Shown here: positions 10,790 through 21,965 of the stretch, piece by piece | Numbering within the stretch: the first letter of the stretch is position 1 | Layout of the letters: each line of letters begins with the position of its first letter | Assembly: GCA_964016885.1 (NCBI GenBank) | Contig: OZ024742.1 | Location: forward strand, 110,050,001-110,114,000 | DNA from: Eledone cirrhosa | Taxonomy: Eukaryota | Direction: 5' to 3' | DNA: 64,000 nt | Notes under the pieces: model-generated | Seen by the model: only the letters and a program-made list of their open reading frames with translations | Told to the model about the DNA's origin: nothing | The model's database searches: none | Translations under genes and position numbers: made by a program

Positions 10790-13700
10790 GATACTGCTGT
10801 TAGTGGTGATGATAGTTGTGATATTATTACTGGTGTTAATGGTGTTGTTAGTGGTGGCGGTGGTGATGCTATTGTTGGAGGTAGTGATTGAGTTGGTGTT
10901 AATGGTAGTGATAGCAGTGTATTATTACTAATGTTGCTGGTGGTAGTGGTTGTGGTATTATTGTTGCAGGTGGTGATGGTCATGCTGTTGGTATTTGTAG
11001 TAGTGGAATTCCTGGTGGTGGGATTGTTGATGGTGGTGTTACTGGTAGTGGTGTTAATAGTGGTGCTAGTAGTGCTATTAGTGGTGAAGGTCATGGTGAT
11101 ATTCTTGATGGGAGTGATGGAATTGGTAGTGGTGATAGTGTTGGTGGTGTTGTTGCTGGTGGCAGTGGTGTCACTGCTTGTATTGGTGTTGGTATTGGAG
11201 TTAGTGGATATTGGCATCAATGGTAGAAATTGTAGAATATGTAGTGTCGGTGGATATGTTGGTGTTGTAGTTGGTGTCAGTAGTGACAGTATTAGTGGTG
11301 TCAGAGTTATGGTTAGTGGTATTAGTGTTAGTTGTGTTGGTGTTGGTGTTAGTGGTGTTGGTGTTAGTGTTAGTGGTGTTGGTGTTGGTGTTAGTGGCGT
11401 TGGTGTTAGTGGTGTTGGTGTTGGTGTTAGTGGTGTTGGTGTTGGTTTTAGTGGTGTTGGTGTTAGTGGTGGTGGTGTTGGGGTTAGTGGTGTTGGTGTT
11501 GGTGTTAGTGGTGTTGGTGTTAGTGGTGTTGGGGTTAGTGGTGTCGGAGTTATGGTTAGTGGTATTAGTGTTAGTTGTGTTGGTGTTGGTGTTAGTGGTG
11601 TTGGTGTTAGTGTTAGTGGTGTTGTTGTTAGTGGTAGTGGTGTTGTTGTTAGTGGTGTTGGTGTTGGTGTTAGTGGTGTTGGTGTTAGTGGTATTAGTGT
11701 TAGTTGTGTTGGTGTTGGTGTTAGTGGTGTTGGTGTTAGTGTTAGTGGTGTTGGTGTTAGTGTTAGTGGTGTTGGTGTTAGTGTTAGTGGTGTTGGTGTT
11801 AGTGTTAGTGGTGTTGGGGTTAGTGGTGTTGGTGTTAGTGTTAGTGGTGTTGGTGTTGGTGTTAGTGGTGTTGGTGTTGGTGTTAGTGGTGTTGGTGTTG
11901 GTGTTAGTGGTGTTGGTGTTAGTAGTGGTGGTGTTGGGGTTAGTGGTGTTGGTGTTGGTGTTAGTGGTGTTGGTGTTAGTGGTATTAGTTTTAGTTGTGT
12001 TGGTGTTGGTGTTAGTGGTGTTGGTGTTAGTGTTAGTGGTGTTGGTGTTAGTGTTAGTGGTGTTGGTGTTAGTGTTAGTGGTGTTGGTGTTAGTGTTAGT
12101 GGTGTTGGTGTTAGTGGTGTTGGTGTTAGTGATGTTGGGGTTAGTGGTGTTGGTGTTAGTGTTAGTGGTGTTGGTGTTAGTGTTAGTGGTGTTGGTGTTA
12201 GTGGTAGTGGTGTTGTTGTTAGTGGTGTTGGTGTTGGTGTTAGTGGTGTTGGTGTTAGTGGTGTTGGTGTTAGTGTTAGTGGTGTTGGTGTTAGTGTTAG
12301 TGGTGTTGGTGTTAGTGTTAGTGGTGTTGGTGTTAGTGGTGTTGGTGTTGGTGTTAGTGGTGTTGGTGTTAGTGGTGTTGGGGTTAGTGGTGTTGGAGTT
12401 ATGGTTAGTGGTATTAGTGTTAGTTGTGTTGGTGTTGGTGTTAGTGGTGTTGGTGTTAGTGGTGTTGGCATTAGTGGTGTTGGTGTTGGTGTTAGTGTTA
12501 GTGGTGTTGGTGTTGGTGTTAGTGGTGTTGGTGTTAGTGTTAGTGGTGTTGGTGTTAGTGTTAGTGGTGTTGGTGTTAGTGGTGTTGGTGTTGGTGTTAG
12601 TGGTGTTGGTGTTAGTGGTTTTGGTGTTAGTGGTGTTGGTGTTGGTGTTAGTGGTGTTGGGGTTAGTGGTGTTGGTGTTGGTGTTAGTGGTGTTGGTGTT
12701 AGTGTTAGTGGTGTTGGTGTTAGTGTTAGTGGTGTTGGTGTTAGTGGTGTTGGTGTTGGTGTTAGTGGTGTTGGGGTTAGTGGTGTTGGTGTTGGTGTTA
12801 TGTTGGTGTTAGTGGTGTTGGTGGTGGTGTTAGTGGTGTTGGTGTTGGTGTTAGTGGTGTTGGTGTTGGTGTTAGTGGTGTTGGTGTTAGTGGTGTTGGT
12901 GTTGGTGTTAGTGGTGTTGGTGTTGGTGTTAGTGGTGTTGGTGTTGGTGTTAGTGGTGTTGGTGTTAGTGTTAGTGGTGTTGGCGTTAGTGGTGTTGGTG
13001 TTGGTGGTGTTGGGGTTAGTGGTGTTGGAGTTATGGTTAGTGTTATTAGTGTTAGTAGTGTTGGTGTTGGTGTTAGTGGTGTTGGTGTTAGTGGTGTTGG
13101 CATTAGTGGTGTTGGTGTTGGTGTTAGTGTTAGTGGTGTTAGTGTTAGTGGCGTTGGTGTTAGTGGTGTTGGTGTTAGTGGTGTTGGTGTTGGTGTTAGT
13201 AGTGTTGGTGTTAGTGGTGTTGGTGTTAGTGGTGTTGGTGTTAGTGGTGTTGGTGTTAGTGGTGTTGGTGTTAGTGGTGTTGGTGTTAGTGGTGTTGGCA
13301 TTAGTGGTGTTGGTGTTGGTGTTAGTGGTGTTGGTGTTAGTGATGTCAGTGTTAGTGGTGTCAGTGTTAGTGATGTCAGTGTTAGTGATGTTAGAGTTAA
13401 TGGTGTTGGTGTTAGTGGTGTTGGTGTTGGTGTTAGTGATGTCAGTGTTAGTGGTGTTGGTGTTGGTGTTAGTGGTGTTGGTGTTAGTGGTGTTAGTGTT
13501 AGTGGTGTTTGTGTTAGTGGTGTTGGTGTGTTAGTGGTGCTGTTGTCAGCGTTTCATTGGTTCATGTCAATTTTTTTGTTAGTTGTGTTGGTGTTGTTGT
13601 TAGTGGTGTCAGTTTTAGCATTGGTTTTCTTAGTATCAGTGTTGATATTATTGTTACTGATTATACAATCGTGTTGTCTGTTTGTGTGTTAGCAGTATTC

Positions 13701-13800
13701 TTGTTTTTGTTCGTGAAAATGTTGTTTGTGATATTAGTAGTGATACTAGTGATGGTATCAGAGCTAAAATTGTCATTGGTGCTGTTGTTATTTTAGTTTA
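10790..13800 (+). repeat. GT-rich compound array built from GGTGTT/AGTGTT/AGT units with diffuse trinucleotide flanks
   Basis: Core ~11320-13530 of GGTGTTAGT/GGTGTT modules; almost no C on the + strand. Confidence 0.95.
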
Positions 13801-14391
13801 GCTTCAGTTATTTTGCTGATTGGTTGGATCTTTTCTGTCCCCTTATCTTCTGTTGTTAAGTGAATAAATTACATTCATAATTTTAACATTAATAATTTCT
13901 TATTATTAAGTTTACTGAATAAAGAAGAAAAAAAATGAAGGAAAGGCAAATTGGAGAAGACCCACACACCGAATCACACGTCACAACAAGGTGTGCTGGA
14001 ACCTCCTTCATATAATATTTTGTCATGGGGGATAATGAGGCTACGATGCTGGAATAACCAGACACACTCATCAGGGGCATCATCTGATGCTTTGGTAAGA
14101 TCAAGTGATAGCAAAGCTAATGTGTTGGAATAACCAAGCAACCTTGCGAGCATCGCCTGATACCTCGATACCTATGTTGAAATGTATTCATGTTGAGATT
14201 TTTTAAGGTAACTAACACAACATTATTGGAGATAGACATGTCTCCTTCCATAACTAAATGGACTTGTGGGTATATAGCTACTATTTCTAGGAGACCTATC
14301 AACTATTAGTTGTGATGGTGTCAGTAGTGTTAGTATAGATTTTAGAGCCATTTGTGTTTTTAGTTTGAGTTGTGGTATTTGTGTTGGTGGC

Positions 14392-14680
14392 AGTGGTGTT
14401 GTAGTGATGTTAGGAGTGGTATTGTAGTGTTGGTGGTAGTGGTGTTGTAGTGATGTTAGGAGTGGTATTTGTGTTGGTGGTAGTGGTGTTGTAGTGATGT
14501 TAGGAGTGGTATTGTAGTGTTGCTGGTAGTGGTGTTGTAGTGATGTTAGGAGTGGTATTGTAGTGTTGCTAGTAGTGGTGTTGTAGTGATGTTAGGAGTG
14601 GTATTGTAGTGTTGGTGGTAGTGGTGTTGTAGTGATGTTAGGAGTGGTATGTAGTATTGGTGGTAGTGGTGTTGTAGTGT
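14392..14680 (+). repeat. 46-bp minisatellite, ~6 copies
   Basis: Unit gtagtggtgttgtagtgatgttaggagtggtattgtagtgttggtg; ttaggag recurs at 14410, 14456, 14500, 14546, 14592 and 14638. Confidence 0.9.
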
Positions 14681-15054
14681 TAGTAATGTTGGGGTGTATG
14701 TTGAAAGTAGTGTTATTTGTGTTGTTGGTAGTGGTGTTGGGTTTGGGAATGTAGTGTTGTCAGCAGTCTTGTAGTGATGTTAGGATTTGTTATGTAGTTT
14801 TGATGTTAGTGGTGTTGTAGTGTCTGTGGTGTTGTTGTGGTGTTTGAAGTGGTCTTATTCATGTTGGTGATATTGTCTTTTATGTGTTTTTTGTGTTGGT
14901 GTTATTGTTGTAATCAATTTATTCATTGTTGTTGTTGTAGTGATGTGAAGGCGGTGCTGTAGGAGTGGTGTAGGGATGTTGTAGTGTTGTTGGTGTTATT
15001 GGTGTTGGTAGTGGTATTGATAGTGGTATTAGTGGTCATGTTGGCGTTATTCAT

Positions 15055-15440
15055 AATAATTGTTTCTACTATTGGCACAAAGCCAGCAATTACCCAGTAC
15101 ATTACTGGTACTTTATTTTATCGACCCCGTAAGGATGAAAGGCAAAGTTAACCTCGGCGGGATTTGAACTAGAATGGCAAGGGCCGTAACTCTATGCGTC
15201 AAAGCATGGCGTCCGACCCTCTATCGATACTGCCAATTCACTGCCCGTTATTCATAATAATAATTGTTTCTATTTTAGGCACAAGGCCAGCAATTAACCA
15301 GTGCATTACTGGTACTTTATTTTACGACCCTGTAAGGATGAAAGGCAAAGTTAACCTCGGCGGGATTTGAAATCAGATCATAAAGGGACGTAACTCTTTG
15401 CTCAAAGCATGGGGTCCGACTCTCTACTGATACTGCCAAA
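15055..15440 (-). mobile_element. Two tandem tRNA-derived SINE copies
   Basis: Both contain aggatgaaaggcaaagttaacctcggcgggatttgaa (antisense B-box region). cgttattcataataat flanks the first copy on both sides. Confidence 0.85.
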
Positions 15441-15479
15441 ATAATAATAGTGGTTTTATAGATGTTAATATAGGTATTA

Positions 15480-18400
15480 GTGTTAGTAATAGTAGTGATG
15501 TTGGTGTTAGTAATGGTAGTGGTGTTGGTGTTAGTGATGGTAGTGGTGTTGGTGTTAGTGATGGTAGTGGTGTTGGTGGTAGTGATGGTAGTGGTGTTGG
15601 TGTTAGTGATGTTAGTGATGTTGATGTTAGTGATGTTGGTGTTAGTGATGGTGGTGGTGGTAGTGGTGTTGGTGTTAGTGATGGTAGTGGTGTTGGTGTT
15701 AGTGATGGTAGTGGTGTTGGTGTTAGTGATGGTAGTGATGTTGGTGTTAGTGATGGTAGTGGTGTTGGTGTTAGTGATGATAGTGGTGTTGGTGTTAGTG
15801 ATGGTAGTGGTGTTGGTGTTAGTGATGGTAGTGGTGTTGGTGTTAGTGGTGGTAGTGGTGTTGGTGTTAGTGATGGTAGTGGTGTTGGTGTTAGTGGTGG
15901 TAGTGGTGTTGGTGTTAGTGATGGTAGTGGTGTTAGTGGTGGTAGTGGTGTTGGTGTTAGTGATGGTAGTGGTGTTGGTGTTAGTGATGGTAGTGGTGTT
16001 GGTGTTAGTGATGGTAGTGGTGTTGGTGTTAGTGATGGTAGTGGTGTTGGTGTTAGTGATGGTAGTGGTGTTGGTGTTAGTGGTGGTAGTGGTGTTGGTG
16101 TTAGTGGTGGTAGTGGTGTTGGTGTTAGTGATGGTAGTGGTGTTGGTGTTAGTGATGGTAGTGGTGTTGGTGTTAGTGGTGGTAGTGGTGTTGGTGTTAG
16201 TGATGGTAGTGGTGTTGGTGTTAGTGGTAATAGTGGTGTTGGTGTTAGTGATGGTAGTGGTGTTGGTGTTAGTGATGATAGAGGTGTTGGTGTTAGTGAT
16301 GGTAGTGGTGTTGGTGTTAGTGGTGGTAGTGGTGTTGGTGTTAGGGATGGTAGTGGTGTTGGTGTTAGTGGTGGTAGTGGTGTTGGTGTTAGTGGTGTTG
16401 GTGTTAGTAATGGTAGTGGTGTTGGTGTTAGTTGTGGTGTTGGTGTTAGGGATGGTAGTGGTGTTGGTGTTAGTGGTGGTAGTGGTGTTGGTGTTAGTGA
16501 TGGTAGTGATGTTGGTGTTAGTGATGGTAGTGGTGTTGGTATTAGTGATGGTAGTGGTGTTGGTGTTAGTGATGGTAGTGGTGTTGGTGTTAGTGGTGGT
16601 AGTGGTGTTGGTGTTAGTGATGATAGTGGTGTTGGTGTTAGTGATGTTGGTGTTAGTGATGGTAGTGGTGTTGGTGTTAGTGGTGGTAGTGGTGTTGGTG
16701 GTAGTGATGGTAGTGGTGTTGGTGTTAGTGATGGTAGTGGTGTTGGTGTTAGTGGTGGTAGTGGTGTTGGTGTTAGTGATGGTAGTGGTGTTGGTGTTAG
16801 TGGTGGTAGTGGTGTTGGTGTTAGTGATGGTAGTGGTGTTGGTGTTAGTGGTGGTAGTGGTGTTGGTGTTAGTGATGGTAGTGGTGTTGGTGTTAGTGAT
16901 GATAGTGGTGTTGGTGTTAGTGATGATAGTGGTGTTGGTGTTAGTGATGGTAGTGGTGTTGGTGTTAGTGGTGGTAGTGGTGTTGGTGTTAGTGATGGTA
17001 GTGGTGTTGGTGTTAGTGATGATAGTGGTGTTGGTGTTAGTGATGATAGTGGTGTTGGTGTTAGTGATGGTAGTGGTGTTGGTGTTAGTGGTGGTAGTGG
17101 TGTTGGTGTTAGTGATGGTAGTGGTGTTGGTGTTAGTGATGATAGTGGTGTTGGTGTTAGTGATGGTAGTGGTGTTGGTGTTAGTGATGGTAGTGGTGTT
17201 GGTGTTAGTGGTGGTAGTGGTGTTGGTGTTAGTGATGGTAGTGGTGTTGGTGTTAGTGATGATAGTGGTGTTGGTGTTAGTGATGGTAGTGGTGTTGGTG
17301 TTAGTGGTGGTAGTGGTGTTGGTGTTAGTGATGGTAGTGGTGTTGGTGTTAGTGATGATAGTGGTGTTGGTGTTAGTGATGGTAGTGGTGTTGGTGTTAG
17401 TGGTGGTAGTGGTGTTGGTGTTAGTGATGGTAGTGGTGTTGGTGTTAGTGATGATAGTGGTGTTGGTGTTAGTGATGATAGTGGTGTTGGTGTTAGTGAT
17501 GATAGTGGTGTTGGTGTTAGTGATGGTAGTGGTGTTGTGGTAGTGGTGGTAGTGGTGTTGGTGTTAGTGGTGGTAGTGGTGTTGGTGGTAGTGGTGGTAG
17601 TGGTGTTGGTGTTAGTGATGATAGTGGTGTTGGTGTTAGTGATGGTAGTGGTGTTGGTGCTAGTGATGAGTGGTAGTGGTGTTAGTGATGGTAGTGGTGT
17701 TGGTGTTAGTGATGGTAGTGGTGTTGGTGCTAGTGATGGTAGTGGTGTTGGTGTTAGTGATGGTAGTGGTGTTGGTGTTAGTGAGTGGTAGTGGTGTTGG
17801 TGGTAGTGGTGGTAGTGGTGTTGTGTAGATGGTGTTGGTGTAGTGATGGTAGTGGTGTTGGAGTAGTGATGTAGTGGTGTTAGTGATGGTAGTGGTGTTG
17901 GTGTAGTGTGGTAGTGGTGTTGGTGGTAGTGGTGGTAGTGTTGTGTGGTGAGTAGTGGTTGGTTAGTGATGAGTGGTGTTGGTGCTAGTGATGGTAGTGG
18001 TGTTGGTGTTAGTGGTGGTAGTGGTGTTGGTGTTAGTGGTGGTAGTGGTGTTGGTGGTAGTGGTGGTAGTGGTGTTGGTGTTAGTGATGATAGTGGTGTT
18101 GGTGTTAGTGATGGTAGTGGTGTTGGTGTTAGTGATGGTAGTGGTGTTGGTGGTAGTGGTGGTAGTGGTGTTGGTGTTAGTGATGGTAGTGGTGTTGGTG
18201 TTAGTGATGGTAGTGGTGTTAGTGATTGTAGTGGTGTTGGTGTTAGTGATGGTAGTGGTGTTGGTGTTAGTGATGGTAGTGGTGTTGGTGTTAGTGATGG
18301 TAGTGGTGTTAGTGATTGTAGTGGTGTTGGTGTTAGTGATGGTAGTGGTGTTGGTGTTAGTGATGGTAGTGGTGTTGGTGTTAGTGATGGTAGTGGTGTT

Positions 18401-21400
18401 GGTGTTAGTGATGGTAGTGGTGTTGGTGTTAGTGATGGTAGTGGTGTTGGTGTTAGTGATGGTAGTGGTGTTGGTGTTAGTGATGGTAGTGGTGTTGGTG
18501 TTAGTGATGATAGTGGTGTTGGTGTTAGTGGTGGTAGTGGTGTTGGTGTTAGTGATGGTAGTGGTGTTGGTGTTAGTGGTGGTAGTGGTGTTGGTGTTAG
18601 TGATGATAGTGGTGTTGGTGTTAGTGATGGTAGTGATGGTAGTGGTGTTGGTGTTAGTGGTGGTAGTGGTGTTGGTGTTAGTGATGATAGTGGTGTTGGT
18701 GTTAGTGATGGTAGTGATGGTAGTGGTGTTAGTGGTGGTAGTGGTGGTAGTGGTGTTGGTGTTAGGGATGGTAGTGGTGTTGGTGTTAGTGATGGTAGTG
18801 GTGTTGGTGTTAGTGATGGTAGTGGTGTTGGTGTTAGTGATGGTAGTGGTGTTGGTGTTAGTGATGGTAGTGGTGTTGGTGTTAGTGGTGGTAGTGGTGT
18901 TGGTGTTAGTGATGGTAGTGGTGTTGGTGTTAGTGATGGTAGTGGTGTTGGTGTTAGTGATGGTAGTGGTGTTGGTGTTAGTGGTGGTAGTGGTGTTGGT
19001 GTTAGTGATGGTAGTGGTGTTGGTGTTAGTGATGGTAGTGGTGTTGGTGTTAGTGATGGTAGTGGTGTTGGTGTTAGTGATGGTAGTGGTGTTGGTGTTA
19101 GTGATGGTAGTGGTGTTGGTGTTAGTGATGGTAGTGGTGTTGGTGGTAGTGATGGTAGTGGTGTTAGTGGTGGTAGTGGTGGTAGTGGTGTTGGTGTTAG
19201 TGATGGTAGTGGTGTTGGTGTTAGTGGTGGTAGTGGTGTTGGTGTTAGTGATGGTAGTGGTGTTGGTGTTAGTGATGGTAGTGGTGTTGGTGTTAGTGGT
19301 GGTAGTGGTGTTGGTGTTAGTGATGGTAGTGGTGTTGGTGTTAGTGATGGTAGGGGTGTTGGTGTTAGTGATGGTAGTGGTGTTGGTGTTAGTGATGGTA
19401 GTGGTGTTGGTGTTAGTGATGGTAATGGTGTTGGTGTTAGTGATGGTAGTGGTGTTGGTGTTAGTGGTGGTAGTGGTGTTGGTGGTAGTGATGGTAGTGG
19501 TGTTAGTGGTGGTAGTGGTGGTAGTGGTGTTGGTGTTAGGGATGGTAGTGGTGTTGGTGTTAGTGATGGTAGTGATGGTAGTGATGGTAGTGGTGTTGGT
19601 GTTAGTGATGGTAGTGGTGTTGGTGTTAGGGAAGGTAGTGGTGTTGGTGTTAGTGATGGTAGTGATGGTAGTGATGGTAGTGGTGTTGGTGTTAGTGATG
19701 GTAGTGGTGTTGGTGTTAGTGATGGTAGTGGTGTTGGTGTTAGTGATGGTAGTGGTGTTGGTGTTAGTGATGGTAGTGGTGTTGGTGTTAGTGATGATAG
19801 TGGTGTTGGTGTTAGTGATGGTAGTGGTGTTGGTGCTAGTGATGGTAGTGGTGTTAGTGATGGTAGTGGTGTTGGTGTTAGTGATGGTAGTGGTGTTGGT
19901 GCTAGTGATGGTAGTGGTGTTGGTGTTAGTGATGGTAGTGGTGTTGGTGTTAGTGATGGTAGTGGTGTTGGTGGTAGTGGTGGTAGTGGTGTTGGTGTTA
20001 GTGATGATAGTGGTGTTGGTGTTAGTGATGGTAGTGGTGGTAGTGGTGTTGGTGTTAGTGGTGGTAGTGGTGTTGGTGGTAGTGGTGGTAGTGGTGTTGG
20101 TGTTAGTGATGATAGTGGTGTTGGTGTTAGTGATGGTAGTGGTGTTGGTGGTAGTGGTGGTAGTGGTGTTGGTGTTAGTGGTGGTAGTGGTGTTGGTGGT
20201 AGTGGTGGTAGTGGTGTTGGTGTTAGTGATGATAGTGGTGTTGGTGTTAGTGATGGTAGTGGTGTTGGTGCTAGTGATGGTAGTGGTGTTGGTGTTAGTG
20301 GTGGTAGTGGTGTTGGTGTTAGTGGTGGTAGTGGTGTTGGTGGTAGTGATGGTAGTGGTGTTAGTGGTGGTAGTGGTGGTAGTGGTGTTGGTGTTAGGGA
20401 TGGTAGTGGTGTTGGTGTTAGTGATGGTAGTGATGGTAGTGATGGTAGTGGTGTTGGTGTTAGTGATGGTAGTGGTGTTGGTGTTAGGGAAGGTAGTGGT
20501 GTTGGTGTTAGTGATGGTAGTGATGGTAGTGATGGTAGTGGTGTTGGTGTTAGTGATGGTAGTGGTGTTGGTGTTAGTGATGGTAGTGGTGTTGGTGTTA
20601 GTGGTGGTAGTGGTATTGGTGTTAGTGATGGTAGTGGTGTTGGTGTTAGTGATGGTAGTGGTGTTGGTGTTAGTGATGGTAGTGGTGTTGGTGTTAGTGA
20701 TGATAGTGGTGTTGGTGTTAGTGATGGTAGTGGTGTTGGTGCTAGTGATGGTAGTGGTGTTAGTGATGGTAGTGGTGTTGGTGTTAGTGATGGTAGTGGT
20801 GTTGGTGTTAGTGATGATAGTGGTGTTGGTGTTAGTGGTGGTAGTGGTGGTAGTGGTGTTGGTGTTAGTGGTGGTAGTGGTGGTAGTGGTGTTGGTGTTA
20901 GTGGTGGTAGTGGTGTTGGTGTTAGTGGTGGTAGTGGTGGTAGTGGTGTTGGTGTTAGTGGTGGTAGTGGTGTTGGTGTTAGTGATGGTAGTGGTGTTGG
21001 TGTTAGTGATGGTAGTGGTGTTGGTGTTAGTGGTGGTAGTGGTGTTGGTGTTAGTGATGGTAGTGGTGTTGGTGTTAGTGGTGGTAGTGGTGTTGGTGTT
21101 AGTGATGGTAGTGGTGTTGGTGTTAGTGGTGGTAGTGGTGTTGGTGGTAGTGATGGTAGTGGTGTTGGTGTTAGTGGTGGTAGTGGTGTTGGTGTTAGTG
21201 ATGGTAGTGGTGTTGGTGGTAGTGATGGTAGTGGTGTTGGTGGTAGTGATGGTAGTGGTGTTGGTGTTAGTGATGGTAGTGGTGTTGGTGTTAGGGATGG
21301 TAGTGGTGTTGGTGTTAGTGATGGTAGTGGTGTTGGTGTTAGTGGTGGTAGTGGTGTTGGTGTTAGTGATGGTAGTGGTGTTGGTGGTAGTGATGGTAGT

Positions 21401-21965
21401 GGTGTTGGTGTTAGTGATGATAGTGGTGTTGGTGGTAGTGATGTTGGTGGTAGTGGTGTTGGTGTTAGTGATGGTAGTGGTGTTGGTGTTAGTGGTGGTA
21501 GTGGTGTTGGTGTTAGTGATGGTAGTGGTGTTGGTGGTAGTGATGGTAGTGGTGTTGGTGTTAGTGATGGTAGTGGTGTTGGTGTTAGTGATGGTAGTGG
21601 TGTTGGTGTTAGTGATGGTAGTGGTGTTGGTGTTAGTGGTGGTAGTGGTGTTGGTGTTAGTGATGGTAGTGGTGTTGGTGGTAGTGATGGTAGTGGTGTT
21701 GGTGGTAGTGATGGTAGTGGTGTTGGTGTTAGTGATGGTAGTGGTGTTGGTGGTAGTGATGGTAGTGGTGTTGGTGTTAGTGATGATAGTGGTGTTGGGT
21801 GGTAGTGATGGTAGTGGTGTTGGTGTTAATGATGGTAGTGATGGTAGTGATGGTAGTGATGGTAGTGGTGTTGGTGTTAATGATGGTAGTGATTGTAGTG
21901 ATGGTAGTGATGGTAGTGGTGTTGGTGGTAGTGATGGTAGTGATGGTAGTGATGGTAGTGATTGT
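15480..21965 (+). repeat. ~6.5-kb 24-bp minisatellite (GGTGTTGGTGTTAGTGATGGTAGT)n with variants
   Basis: Read directly; the array resumes at 23998-24050 after the Merlin insertion. Confidence 0.97.

Noticed and set aside
14035-14080. Possible hammerhead on minus (CTGATGA-gtgtgtctgg-ttatt-ccagcatc)
   Set aside because: No GAAA after stem II and no stem I/III pairing found.
15480-21965. Telomeric repeat or CRISPR-like array
   Set aside because: Unit is not TTAGGG (only sporadic ttaggg variants); there are no unique spacers or cas genes, and the context is eukaryotic.
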